Position numbers and translations under genes: made by a program
In this document: positions 18,149-25,906 of the stretch, one piece after another
Position numbering within the stretch: position 1 is the first letter of the stretch
Layout: each line of letters opens with the position of its first letter
The notes under the pieces: model-generated
The model's database searches: none
What the model saw: only the letters and a program-made list of their open reading frames with translations
Told to the model about the DNA's origin: nothing
NCBI GenBank assembly: GCA_963813995.1
Contig: CAWFAZ010000037.1
Coordinates: 7,430-71,429, forward strand
Direction: 5' to 3'
Origin: an uncultured Verrucomicrobiae bacterium
GTDB lineage: Bacteria > Verrucomicrobiota > Verrucomicrobiia > Limisphaerales > Palsa-1400
DNA: 64,000 bases

Positions 18149-19467
18149 CATTGTCATCCGGTTAAAACATGTTGAATACCAATTGGTTACGTGAATCGGA
18201 GGTTTCGTTTTGCGATGCGGTTTTTGTAACCAATTCAGCCAGAGGTACTTGCTCAAATACGTTCACGCTCAAAACTTGCAAAATTTGCGACAGGCTAAGT
18301 TCCAATTCAAGCTCCTTGCGCACGATAGCCACCAGCACGTAAACGCAGACGGCAATCCAGACTTGCGTCTTGACGGCGTTGTCGCTGGTCCCGAAAAAGT
18401 GTTTGATTCGCAAGTTCTGCTTGACCCATTTAAAGAACAGTTCCACCCGCCACCGGCTCCTGTAAAGCTGGGCGATGGTAAGTGCGGGCAGATCGAAGTT
18501 ATTTGTCAGAAAGACAAGGAACTTGCCGTTCTCCGGGTCTCTATAACTCACGCGGCGAAAGCGGTCGGGGTAATGCTCAATGCTCTTATCCAAGGCCAGC
18601 CAAACGATTTGATCGGCCCGCACGCCGGTGCTTCCATCCACCGGGCGCGACTCCAGCCGGTTGATCCGCAGGCCCTCCTTGGCGCGGGTGACAAAGAAGG
18701 CCCCGGCCAACACAAAACGATAGAGTCGCCTAAAATCCACATACCCGCGATCCATCACATAAAAGGCACCCGGCTCCAGAAGCAACTCGTCCAGGATGTT
18801 CACATCGGCCTTTTTCCCCTCGGAAATCGAGATCATGGTCGGAATCGGCCCGCGCAAATCCAGCAGCGTGTGCAGCTTGACCGCCGCCTTGGTGGAACGA
18901 AAGCGCGCCCAGGGAAACAAACTCAGGCAAAGATCAATCGTGGTCGAATCCAGCGCATAGACCGTTTGCTCCAACTCCACGCCAAAGGATTCGTTGGCGT
19001 GGAGACGACGGGCGCGAGCGATCAACCCTTGCGCCAGATCGTGATAGATACGCCAGTCTCGCGAGCCATTGGCCTCGGCCAGCGTGCTATGGGCGATGCG
19101 AGATCGAAATCCCATGTGGTAGAGCTGATCGGGTCGCGAGCGCAAGCAGACTTCAATGTCGGCCAGGCTATCTCGGTAAGTCAATTGCGCGAAGGACATG
19201 GCAAGAAACTGATCCCAACAAGGGAAGCTACGGACTCGATAGTGGCCGTGGTAGCATTCGACGCAACGGCGAAATTGTTGCGGGTGAATCCACTCCATGA
19301 CCTGCGAAAAAACAGTTTTTCCAGCGCGCATTTTTGCCAGAGTATGGCACGCCATGTGCTGAAAAAACCCGATATTTTCCCATATCGCTCACATCGTTTT
19401 TGTTCTGCAAGACACTCGGATTCAAGCGCTTTCAGCAAGCATCTTGCCTCTCAACCGGATGACAATG
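18149..19467 (-). mobile_element. IS4-family insertion sequence (1,319 bp), apparently intact
   Basis: Perfect 15-bp terminal inverted repeats: CATTGTCATCCGGTT at 18149-18163 and its reverse complement at 19453-19467. Flanked by a 9-bp direct repeat, AACTGACGG. Contains a single DDE transposase ORF. Confidence 0.9.
18162..19355 (-). CDS. IS4-family DDE transposase (DUF4372-type N-terminus)
   Basis: AGKTVFSQVMEWIHPQQFRRCVECYHGHYRVRSFPCWDQFLAMSFAQLTYRDSLADIEVCL is the typical N-terminal domain of this IS4 subgroup. The ..YVMDRGY.. and ..YRSRWRVELFFKWVKQ.. motifs fit the DDE catalytic core. The more likely start is ATG 19331 (MRAGKTVF). The stop lies inside the left IR. Confidence 0.9.
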   Translation of the reverse strand: MACHTLAKMRAGKTVFSQVMEWIHPQQFRRCVECYHGHYRVRSFPCWDQFLAMSFAQLTYRDSLADIEVCLRSRPDQLYHMGFRSRIAHSTLAEANGSRDWRIYHDLAQGLIARARRLHANESFGVELEQTVYALDSTTIDLCLSLFPWARFRSTKAAVKLHTLLDLRGPIPTMISISEGKKADVNILDELLLEPGAFYVMDRGYVDFRRLYRFVLAGAFFVTRAKEGLRINRLESRPVDGSTGVRADQIVWLALDKSIEHYPDRFRRVSYRDPENGKFLVFLTNNFDLPALTIAQLYRSRWRVELFFKWVKQNLRIKHFFGTSDNAVKTQVWIAVCVYVLVAIVRKELELELSLSQILQVLSVNVFEQVPLAELVTKTASQNETSDSRNQLVFNMF

Positions 19468-19476
19468 AACTGACGG
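19468..19476. repeat. Target-site duplication (right copy) of the IS
   Basis: AACTGACGG directly abuts the right IR. An identical copy is at 18140-18148. Confidence 0.9.
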
Positions 19477-19889
19477 ATAGTTCCAAGCGCTGAATAGAAG
19501 CGATTCTGCATTGGCTGGGATTGCGCCGCTTTGCGACAGTGAGACGTTGTCAGAGGCACCCGGAATCCCTCCAGATTGCAAAAAGACAGTATAGTTTCCG
19601 TCAATGATGCCAGGGTTAACGTAGTTCCAGCCCGGACCAAATACATCAATACTCGGTGATCCGGTTGAGACAGTGTTTGCCCATACTTCCGTCACGGCAA
19701 CATTTCCGATGGAACCACTCCAACCCGGCAGTGCGCTGGTGATCGGAACTTCGTTGAAAGGGCCTGACGGGTTCGACAAATTAGCGGACTCGAAGTCAAG
19801 ATTTTGCAATGTGCCTTGGGCGTAAGCCGATAGCACAACGGATAAAATCACGGCCTGGGTAATAATTAAGTTTATTGCTTTCATAGGAT

Positions 19890-21572
19890 TTATTGCTTTA
19901 CGAATGGATCGCCAACGGCTTGGAACCACACATCAGTATAGTAGCCTGGGCAATTCCCTGTCTGGCCAGCCCACGCACAAATGCCGAAGCACCTGCCAGA
20001 AGCCCAATATCCGTAGTAATCGTAAACGTCGTCAGCGCATGATGACGGTTCATCAACGTGGGTTATTCCTCCGACCAATGTATTCGAGTAGTTCGTCCCG
20101 CCAAAAGCATCGGTTGCAAACCATGTGAGGAAGCCCGCCTGAAAAAAATCACGCCGACCATTGTATGAGTCAATTGTTGCCATAATGTACCATCCGCTGT
20201 TGCCAAAGAATCGGACTGTGCCATCGATAAACATATTTGCGTCCCCCAAGCCCCCATCCCACCCTTCGGTCCAATAGCCAGCGACATTTGTCGCAGTCGC
20301 GATATAGTTGGGGTAATGAGTGTTTATACTGCCAAAAACGGACGCGGTTGGGTCAGCGTTGGTTACGCCCTCTTCGGCTGCTGTCCCTATCCAATTGTAT
20401 ATTCCGCTTGCGGGATAACCAGCACCATCAAAATACCAATTAGTGTTTCCGTAAATTGCTGTCGTTGCACTGATGAAAAGTGTTCCAGATGAATAGTTGC
20501 TGGCCATGCTCGCCAACTTGTCAATGTAGGCAGTACAATCGCCCGCGCCATTCAAGCCGTTCATATTAATGGCAGTGACGAATGGATGCCAACCCGTAGA
20601 GCAGCAAGCATTTAGTTGATACTGAACGCTGGGCAAGCCTGAGTCCACGGTATATCCGGGTGGCTGGCTGTTGTCGGTGCTTACTCGTGACGGAATATCT
20701 TGGAACAGGATGACATATTGGGGGCGTATCGTTGGATTTGTAGCCAGCCAGGTCTGCACCTGAGCGACGAATACGTTTGTGTATTCGGAAGGCAAAAATG
20801 TTTCATTTGTCGTGCAGCCAATTCCCAGCACATTGGCATTGCTGACCATTGGCCGATTGGTCAGATAATACTGGCACACGTTGAAACTGTCAATTGAGTT
20901 TGTGTTGTAAATCAGCAGCAAATCTTTGGACACATCAACCGGATACTGCACCAACGGGGAGAAGATCGCGGCCATTGAGTGGAAGCCACCTGCGGCAATC
21001 AGCTTAACGACGATGGGAGGATACGTGTTGGTCTGATAAGAGGGCATTGGGCCGTTGGTGGTAGTGATGGTGGTTGTCGTTATGACGGTGGTCGGTTGTT
21101 CGGCGGGGACATTCGTCTGGCCGTAGCTGTTGTCCCCCCACGCCACAAGGGAGCCGTCATTTTTCAAGGCGACGCCGTGCGCTGATCCCGCTGCGATAGC
21201 CATCACGTTGCTCATACCGCTTGGCAGGTTGGTTTGGCCATAACCCCACGCTACCACATATCCGCTTGATTGCAAGGCCAAACTTTGTTTTCCGCCCGCC
21301 GCAATGGCAACAATGTTGGACAAGGCGGAAGATGGAACGTTGGTCTGGCCATCGTCATTGTCGCCCCATGCTTCCACCTTTCCGTCGGCCCGCAACGCAA
21401 GGCTGTGAAACTGCCCGGCGGCGATGGCAGTGGCGTTGGTCAAGTCGCCTGGGACAGTTGTCTGGCCGTAGGTGTTGTCGCCCCAAGCGAACACAGTGCC
21501 ATTGGTCAGGAGCGCAATATTGTGGGACCAGCCAGCCGCAATTGCCTTGGCGGGAATAAGATTCGTCGGCAC
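19890..21572 (-). CDS. RCC1-repeat protein with ~370-aa C-terminal domain of unknown function; probably the distal part of the upstream gene, cut off by an in-frame TAG
   Basis: The N-terminal ~160 aa are RCC1/BLIP-II blades (AIAAGWSHNIALLTNGTVFAWGDNTYGQTTVP, AIAAGQFHSLALRADGKVEAWGDNDDGQTNVP ...). The C-terminal part (DLLLIYNTNSIDSFNVCQYYLTNRPMVSNANVLGI...) is unassigned. It is in the same frame as 21600-24419, separated only by TAG plus 9 sense codons. GTG start if independent. Confidence 0.7.
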   Translation of the reverse strand: MPTNLIPAKAIAAGWSHNIALLTNGTVFAWGDNTYGQTTVPGDLTNATAIAAGQFHSLALRADGKVEAWGDNDDGQTNVPSSALSNIVAIAAGGKQSLALQSSGYVVAWGYGQTNLPSGMSNVMAIAAGSAHGVALKNDGSLVAWGDNSYGQTNVPAEQPTTVITTTTITTTNGPMPSYQTNTYPPIVVKLIAAGGFHSMAAIFSPLVQYPVDVSKDLLLIYNTNSIDSFNVCQYYLTNRPMVSNANVLGIGCTTNETFLPSEYTNVFVAQVQTWLATNPTIRPQYVILFQDIPSRVSTDNSQPPGYTVDSGLPSVQYQLNACCSTGWHPFVTAINMNGLNGAGDCTAYIDKLASMASNYSSGTLFISATTAIYGNTNWYFDGAGYPASGIYNWIGTAAEEGVTNADPTASVFGSINTHYPNYIATATNVAGYWTEGWDGGLGDANMFIDGTVRFFGNSGWYIMATIDSYNGRRDFFQAGFLTWFATDAFGGTNYSNTLVGGITHVDEPSSCADDVYDYYGYWASGRCFGICAWAGQTGNCPGYYTDVWFQAVGDPFVKQ

Positions 21573-21599
21573 CGAGTTGGCAACGTCATTCGTGAGGCC

Positions 21600-24419
21600 C
21601 TAGGTGACTACCGAGCCATCGGCTCCCAAAGCAATGTCGTGGCCAATGCTGGCGGCAACGGCGACCAGATTGGAATACGGCGGAGGCGACCCAACTGCAT
21701 AGAAATTGGTCCCGTCGGAATATTTTCCCCACTGCAATACGGTCCCGCTGTCGGTCACTGCGACCGAATGATAATCGCCTGCCGCAATGGCCGTCGCATT
21801 GGTCAATGTCGCTGGGCGATCACATTCTCCGTAAGCATCGCCCCCCCACGCTTCGACCATTCCCGGCAACGCCAGACGAATATCCCATGTCGCGTTGGTG
21901 CTACCCAGCGCATTGGTGATGACCACGGTGTAGTTGCCGTCGTTGGCGGGAGCCAGATTTGAAATCGTGTAACTCGTATTGGTGGCGGCGGAGATATTGG
22001 CGCCGTTGAGCTGCCACTGATAGCTCAACGGAAAATCCGAGTCGCCGGTGGCTGTCGCCGAAACGTTCAGGTTCATTGGGTAATTAATCCAGGTCGTGCT
22101 CGGCACCAGAGGCGTTGTGGAAGTGATTTGCGGCGGCAGCGCGATGGCAAAAGTGGCCGCTAAACTCGTCGCAGTGCCGCTTGCGTTGTAAATGATGACT
22201 TGATAACTGCCAGCATCGCTGGCCCCCGTGTCGGTCAGCGTCAACGTCGCATTGGTTTCTCCCGTCAGGTTCGTCCCGTTGAACTGCCACTGATATTGCA
22301 CGTTCGCGACGAAAACGCCGGCGACCGAAAAGGTGAACGAGCCGCCGGGCGGTGCAAATCCGGCTGGCGGCTCCGTCCTCAGCGGCGGCAGACTGGATGA
22401 GGCAATGGCCAAATTGTGCGCAAAGCCCGAGGCAATGGCCTTGACACCATAAATGTTTGTGGGAACCGTGGCTTCGGGGAAGTTGCTCGTGCCCCAAGCT
22501 GCGAGCGTGCCGTCGGCCCGAAGGGCCAGGCTCTGATCACTGCCTGCGGAAACCGCCACAACATTGACCAATTCCGCAGGCGCATGCGTCTCTCCATTCC
22601 AATTGCATCCCCAAGCCTCGACACTCCCATCGGCACGGAGTGCAACGCTGTGGAGCGCCCCGGCGGCAATGGCGACAACATTTGTCAAATCAGGTGGCAC
22701 GTTTGTCATCCTCCAGCCAATGGCAGGAGCATTCAGGCCCCAGGCCACGAGACTGCCATTGGTCAATAGAGCAACGTTGTAATACCAACCACAGGCAATT
22801 GCCTGCACGCTGGTCAAATTGGTGGGCACCGTATCCACGACGGCATCGTAAAGCCCCCAAGCAAGGACGGTTCCGTTCGATTGCAACGCAAGATCGTGAT
22901 ACATGCCTGCCGCTATGGCAGTGACGTTGGAGGCGGGGGGCGCATAATTGGTCACAGACAAATAATTCGTCCCTGTCCAATAGGACCCCCAATTCGTGAC
23001 GGCCCCGCTGGCCAGCAGCGCAAGGCCGTGAGCGTGCCCCGCTGCAACGGCGACCACATTTGTCAGCCCGGCAGGCACGTTGGTTTGACCGTAAGTGTCA
23101 TCCCCCCACGCAAGGACGGTACCGTCGTTCCGCAAAACAACGCTGAAATCAAACCCGCCTGCAACGGCAACGGCGTTGGTCAATCCCACCGGCACATTGC
23201 ATTGGCCGGACGAGTTGTTCCCCAACGCAATGACCGATGATTCAACAGGCGGCACAACGAAGTAGAATGCATAGTCGGCAGGCTGATTGGTAAATGAGAA
23301 GTTATTGCACGTCAGCGCTTGCCCGACCCATGACCATTGTGAAACGTCCAGGAAGACGCTTAGATCGCGCAGTGAATAAATATCATAAAAAATCCCGTTG
23401 GTCCCTCCAACCAAGTCAAAATTTATTACCGTCGTCCCATTCGACAGGAGCGCTGCAGAAAAATTGGTCATGTAAGGAAGCCCCCCGGTCGGGCAACCGC
23501 CGTCCTGATCCGGGTCATAGACATTTCCAGGGCTGTGGATGCTGCCCTGTTCACTGCCCCCACGCCGTTGGCCCCACCCGGCTTGCTCTTCGGCGCTGAT
23601 CGGCCCCAAGGCCGCCAGCCCGCTGAACGTTTTGTAGTAGAGCCCAACGTCAGAAGCGGTGAGCAACCGATTGAACGAGTAGAATTCGTCGAAGTCCGCC
23701 CCGGCTGTATTGGCGCCAGCCAGTGTGCTGCCTATGACCAGTTGGCCCGCCGAGATCGGGATTGACAGCAGCCCGGAACCTTGCGCGGCAACGCTCCCAT
23801 CCACATACAGCGTCGTTCCTTGTGGACTGTCAGCGAGCGCAAGCAAATGGGACTGTCCCGCCGTCCAGGTAATTTGCGCTTGAAGGACTTCCTGCAAACC
23901 CGAGCCTGTTTCAGCGAACAGTCCGATCGTATTTCCGTCGGCGCTGATTTGAAGTGACCATGCGAGCGCGCTTTGGCCCCCGCTCACGGCATCGAGTTCA
24001 AGAATTGTGCCGGTTGCGCCGGGGCCGGCGCCGTTCGCCACCGATTCGCTGGACCAATAAGGTTTTAGCCAGAAGCGGAATGACATGGTCGTATCGCAAC
24101 TGACATTGGTATGCCCCGTGGAAGCGACTGCCGAAACAACGAAAGGTATGACGTCGCCCGATCGCTGAAGCGCGCAGCCGGACCAGCTTTCCTCAAGCGT
24201 TCCCAAACCGGGAATCAGGAGTTCCGAGTTTGTCTCGCCAGTAAAGTAGCCCTCATCGAAGCTTTCTTGATACAGGGGAGCCTGTTCCGGGTATGGCGGC
24301 ACCGGGGAGCGGGGCATGGCGCAAATACCCTGCGCCCAAAACAGACCCGCTAAAACCGCCATCTGCGCCAAACTGTCAAACCGACGCCGGCGAGGATTGT
24401 TGCTCCAAGTCGTTTTCAT
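21600..24419 (-). CDS. Secreted LamG / RCC1-repeat / Ig-like giant surface protein (ends at an in-frame TAG)
   Basis: Start taken at ATG 24419 (MKTTWSNNPRRRRFDSLAQMAVLAGLFWAQGICA, a signal peptide). It has a LamG/concanavalin-like region (FRFWLKPYW..ILELDAV..LYVDGSVAAQGSG..FDEFYSFNRLLTASDV). It has more than 8 RCC1 blades (..VAVAAGHAHGLALL.., ..AIAAGALHSVALRADGSVEAWGCNWNGE..). It also has two Ig I-set-like modules (YQWQFNGTNLTGETNATLTLTDTGASDAGSYQVIIYNASG; YQWQLNGANISAATNTSYTISNLAPANDGNYTVVITNALG). Confidence 0.8.
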   Translation of the reverse strand: MKTTWSNNPRRRRFDSLAQMAVLAGLFWAQGICAMPRSPVPPYPEQAPLYQESFDEGYFTGETNSELLIPGLGTLEESWSGCALQRSGDVIPFVVSAVASTGHTNVSCDTTMSFRFWLKPYWSSESVANGAGPGATGTILELDAVSGGQSALAWSLQISADGNTIGLFAETGSGLQEVLQAQITWTAGQSHLLALADSPQGTTLYVDGSVAAQGSGLLSIPISAGQLVIGSTLAGANTAGADFDEFYSFNRLLTASDVGLYYKTFSGLAALGPISAEEQAGWGQRRGGSEQGSIHSPGNVYDPDQDGGCPTGGLPYMTNFSAALLSNGTTVINFDLVGGTNGIFYDIYSLRDLSVFLDVSQWSWVGQALTCNNFSFTNQPADYAFYFVVPPVESSVIALGNNSSGQCNVPVGLTNAVAVAGGFDFSVVLRNDGTVLAWGDDTYGQTNVPAGLTNVVAVAAGHAHGLALLASGAVTNWGSYWTGTNYLSVTNYAPPASNVTAIAAGMYHDLALQSNGTVLAWGLYDAVVDTVPTNLTSVQAIACGWYYNVALLTNGSLVAWGLNAPAIGWRMTNVPPDLTNVVAIAAGALHSVALRADGSVEAWGCNWNGETHAPAELVNVVAVSAGSDQSLALRADGTLAAWGTSNFPEATVPTNIYGVKAIASGFAHNLAIASSSLPPLRTEPPAGFAPPGGSFTFSVAGVFVANVQYQWQFNGTNLTGETNATLTLTDTGASDAGSYQVIIYNASGTATSLAATFAIALPPQITSTTPLVPSTTWINYPMNLNVSATATGDSDFPLSYQWQLNGANISAATNTSYTISNLAPANDGNYTVVITNALGSTNATWDIRLALPGMVEAWGGDAYGECDRPATLTNATAIAAGDYHSVAVTDSGTVLQWGKYSDGTNFYAVGSPPPYSNLVAVAASIGHDIALGADGSVVT

Positions 24420-24529
24420 CGTTGTTTGGGCCGTATGTTCTTCATGGTTTGTCACGCCGCAAAACTGGCTCTGGAATTGGAGCAATTAAGGCTCCGGCCC
24501 GTACTAATGTCAAGCTCCATTTTTGGAGC

Positions 24530-24803
24530 ATGGCACGGAAAATAAAACGGTTGCGCAATATCGTCGGCCCGCAGGTCAGAAAACTGCGATATGAAAGGGG
24601 TTCTGACGCAGGAACTTTTTGCGGCTCGATGCTCCGTTCTGGGCCTCCAATTGAGCCGCGCCACACTTTCCAAGATCGAGGCTCAACTTCGTTGTGTGAG
24701 CGACTCCGAGTTGGTGCTTTTGGCGGAAGCTCTCAGGGTGAATGTTTCGGCGCTTCTCCCAGTGCGCCGCGAGACCGTTCGCCAAGGATTTGGTTCGCAT
24801 TGA
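24530..24803 (+). pseudogene. XRE-family helix-turn-helix regulator with a 1-nt frame break at 24593-24600
   Basis: Frame 2 from ATG 24530 gives MARKIKRLRNIVGPQVRKLRYERG (helix 1 of an XRE HTH). Frame 3 gives ..VLTQELFAARCSVLGLQLSRATLSKIEAQLRCVSDSELVLLAEALRVNVSALLP (helices 2-5). The switch lies in the run GAAAGGGG. The 70-aa track ORF (ATG 24591) would lack helix 1. Divergent from the LamG/RCC1 gene. Confidence 0.65.
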
Positions 24804-24808
24804 CATTT

Positions 24809-25906
24809 TCATGGCGGCGGGCGTTCTTTCAAATACTCTCGCAACGCTTCGTGGCGTTTCTCGAACGGCAGTTTCCCCAAGGCCGCGACCGCTCCATAGA
24901 ATTTTTCCATGTCCCCTCCCTTCGCGCGGAGCAGCGCCTGAAACGCGGGCACCAGGTCGTAATACGTTGAGACCGTGTTGAGCTTGGCGTTGTTGATCGG
25001 TTCCGCGAACCATTCATCGTGACCGGCCTCGCCGCCCCATGCCTTTTTGACCGCGGCATATTTGGCGCGCAGCTTGCCGATGATTTCTTCTTTACGCCGC
25101 AGTTTTTCGGCGTCCGGCAAACGCGCGTCCCCGTAAACGGCCTCCAATTCCTGGCGTGTGCCCATGACCAGTTGCACAAACTGGTTTTCGCGCGCCAGGC
25201 CCGCCTGGTGTTCCTGGCAGGCCTTCGGGTTGGACGAGGCCGCGAACCAGCGCCGTATTCCTTCCGCCGCCACCTCCGTCGCAAACGCTTCGTTGAAATC
25301 CGTGTCGCCGTTGACATACAAGCGCCGATGTCCCAATTCGTGAAAGATCAGCTCCGCCAAATCCGCTTCCGGCTCAAAAATGAAAGTGTTCATGAGCGGA
25401 TCACGAAACCACCCCAGCGTCGAGTAGGCCTCGACCCCATCGACATAGACGTCCCATCCTTTCTTCTCCCACCGGGCCGCGTAACGGCGCGCGCCCGCTT
25501 CATCAAAATACCCGCGATAACTGGCCCGGCCCACCACCGGGAACCACCACGTCTTGGGCTGCAGCGAAAGGGCCGGCGCCACGTTGACATTCCACACCAC
25601 GCAGGGCCGGCGCAGATCGGTGTATTTGACATAGGCGCCATCCGCCGGCAATTTCAATTCCTCCGCCGCAAACTGCCGGATTTTCATGACCTGCCCGAAT
25701 TTGGCCTTGAGTTTCGGCGACGTATCCGGATTGGCCATCAGGTTGGTGATCGATTCCTGATGGGCCAGGATTTGATATTCGCCCGCGATGGCCTGCCGGT
25801 AAAAGCTGAAGGCCTGACAACCCGAAAAACACACGAGCATGACAAGGCAGAGCAGACCCATCATCGCCAGCCTCGTCCGTCTGCCCCGCTTCAAATACTT
25901 GACCAT
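24809..25906 (-). CDS. Zinc aminopeptidase (PF10023/DUF2265-like), lipoprotein
   Basis: ATG 25906 overlaps the glnS stop (TAATG). Lipobox-like ..LVCFSGCQ. YSTLGWFRDPL and the HExxH motif in LIFHELGHRRLYVNGDTDFNEAFATEV fit this aminopeptidase family. Confidence 0.8.
   Translation of the reverse strand: MVKYLKRGRRTRLAMMGLLCLVMLVCFSGCQAFSFYRQAIAGEYQILAHQESITNLMANPDTSPKLKAKFGQVMKIRQFAAEELKLPADGAYVKYTDLRRPCVVWNVNVAPALSLQPKTWWFPVVGRASYRGYFDEAGARRYAARWEKKGWDVYVDGVEAYSTLGWFRDPLMNTFIFEPEADLAELIFHELGHRRLYVNGDTDFNEAFATEVAAEGIRRWFAASSNPKACQEHQAGLARENQFVQLVMGTRQELEAVYGDARLPDAEKLRRKEEIIGKLRAKYAAVKKAWGGEAGHDEWFAEPINNAKLNTVSTYYDLVPAFQALLRAKGGDMEKFYGAVAALGKLPFEKRHEALREYLKERPPP

Larger units (their letters stand above)
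17843..19884 (-). pseudogene. PEP-CTERM surface protein gene split by IS insertion
   Basis: The N-terminal half (19884 down to 19468) is MKAINLIITQAVILSVVLSAYAQG...ESLLFSAWNYPSV. The C-terminal half (18148 down to 17843) is ..PSVNEAFSVSFAGNN...VLSPEPNMVTLSAIGGLLFGARKWFARRR. Removing 18149-19476 (the IS plus one TSD copy) restores a continuous frame (..ESLLFSAWNYPSVNEAFSVSFAGNN..) that is collinear with the 17158-17838 paralog. Confidence 0.9.

Noticed and set aside
18210-19493. 427-aa plus-strand ORF covering the whole IS
   Set aside because: It is exactly antisense to the DDE transposase, which has recognisable motifs. It shows no domain features and extends across the IS boundary into target DNA, so it cannot be an IS gene.
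21600-21602. In-frame TAG as a recoded codon (pyrrolysine or programmed read-through)
   Set aside because: There is no pyl gene or PYLIS-like context in the window. The codon sits where Trp (TGG) is expected, so a simple G-to-A change is the economical explanation. It is kept as a finding only as a nonsense lesion.
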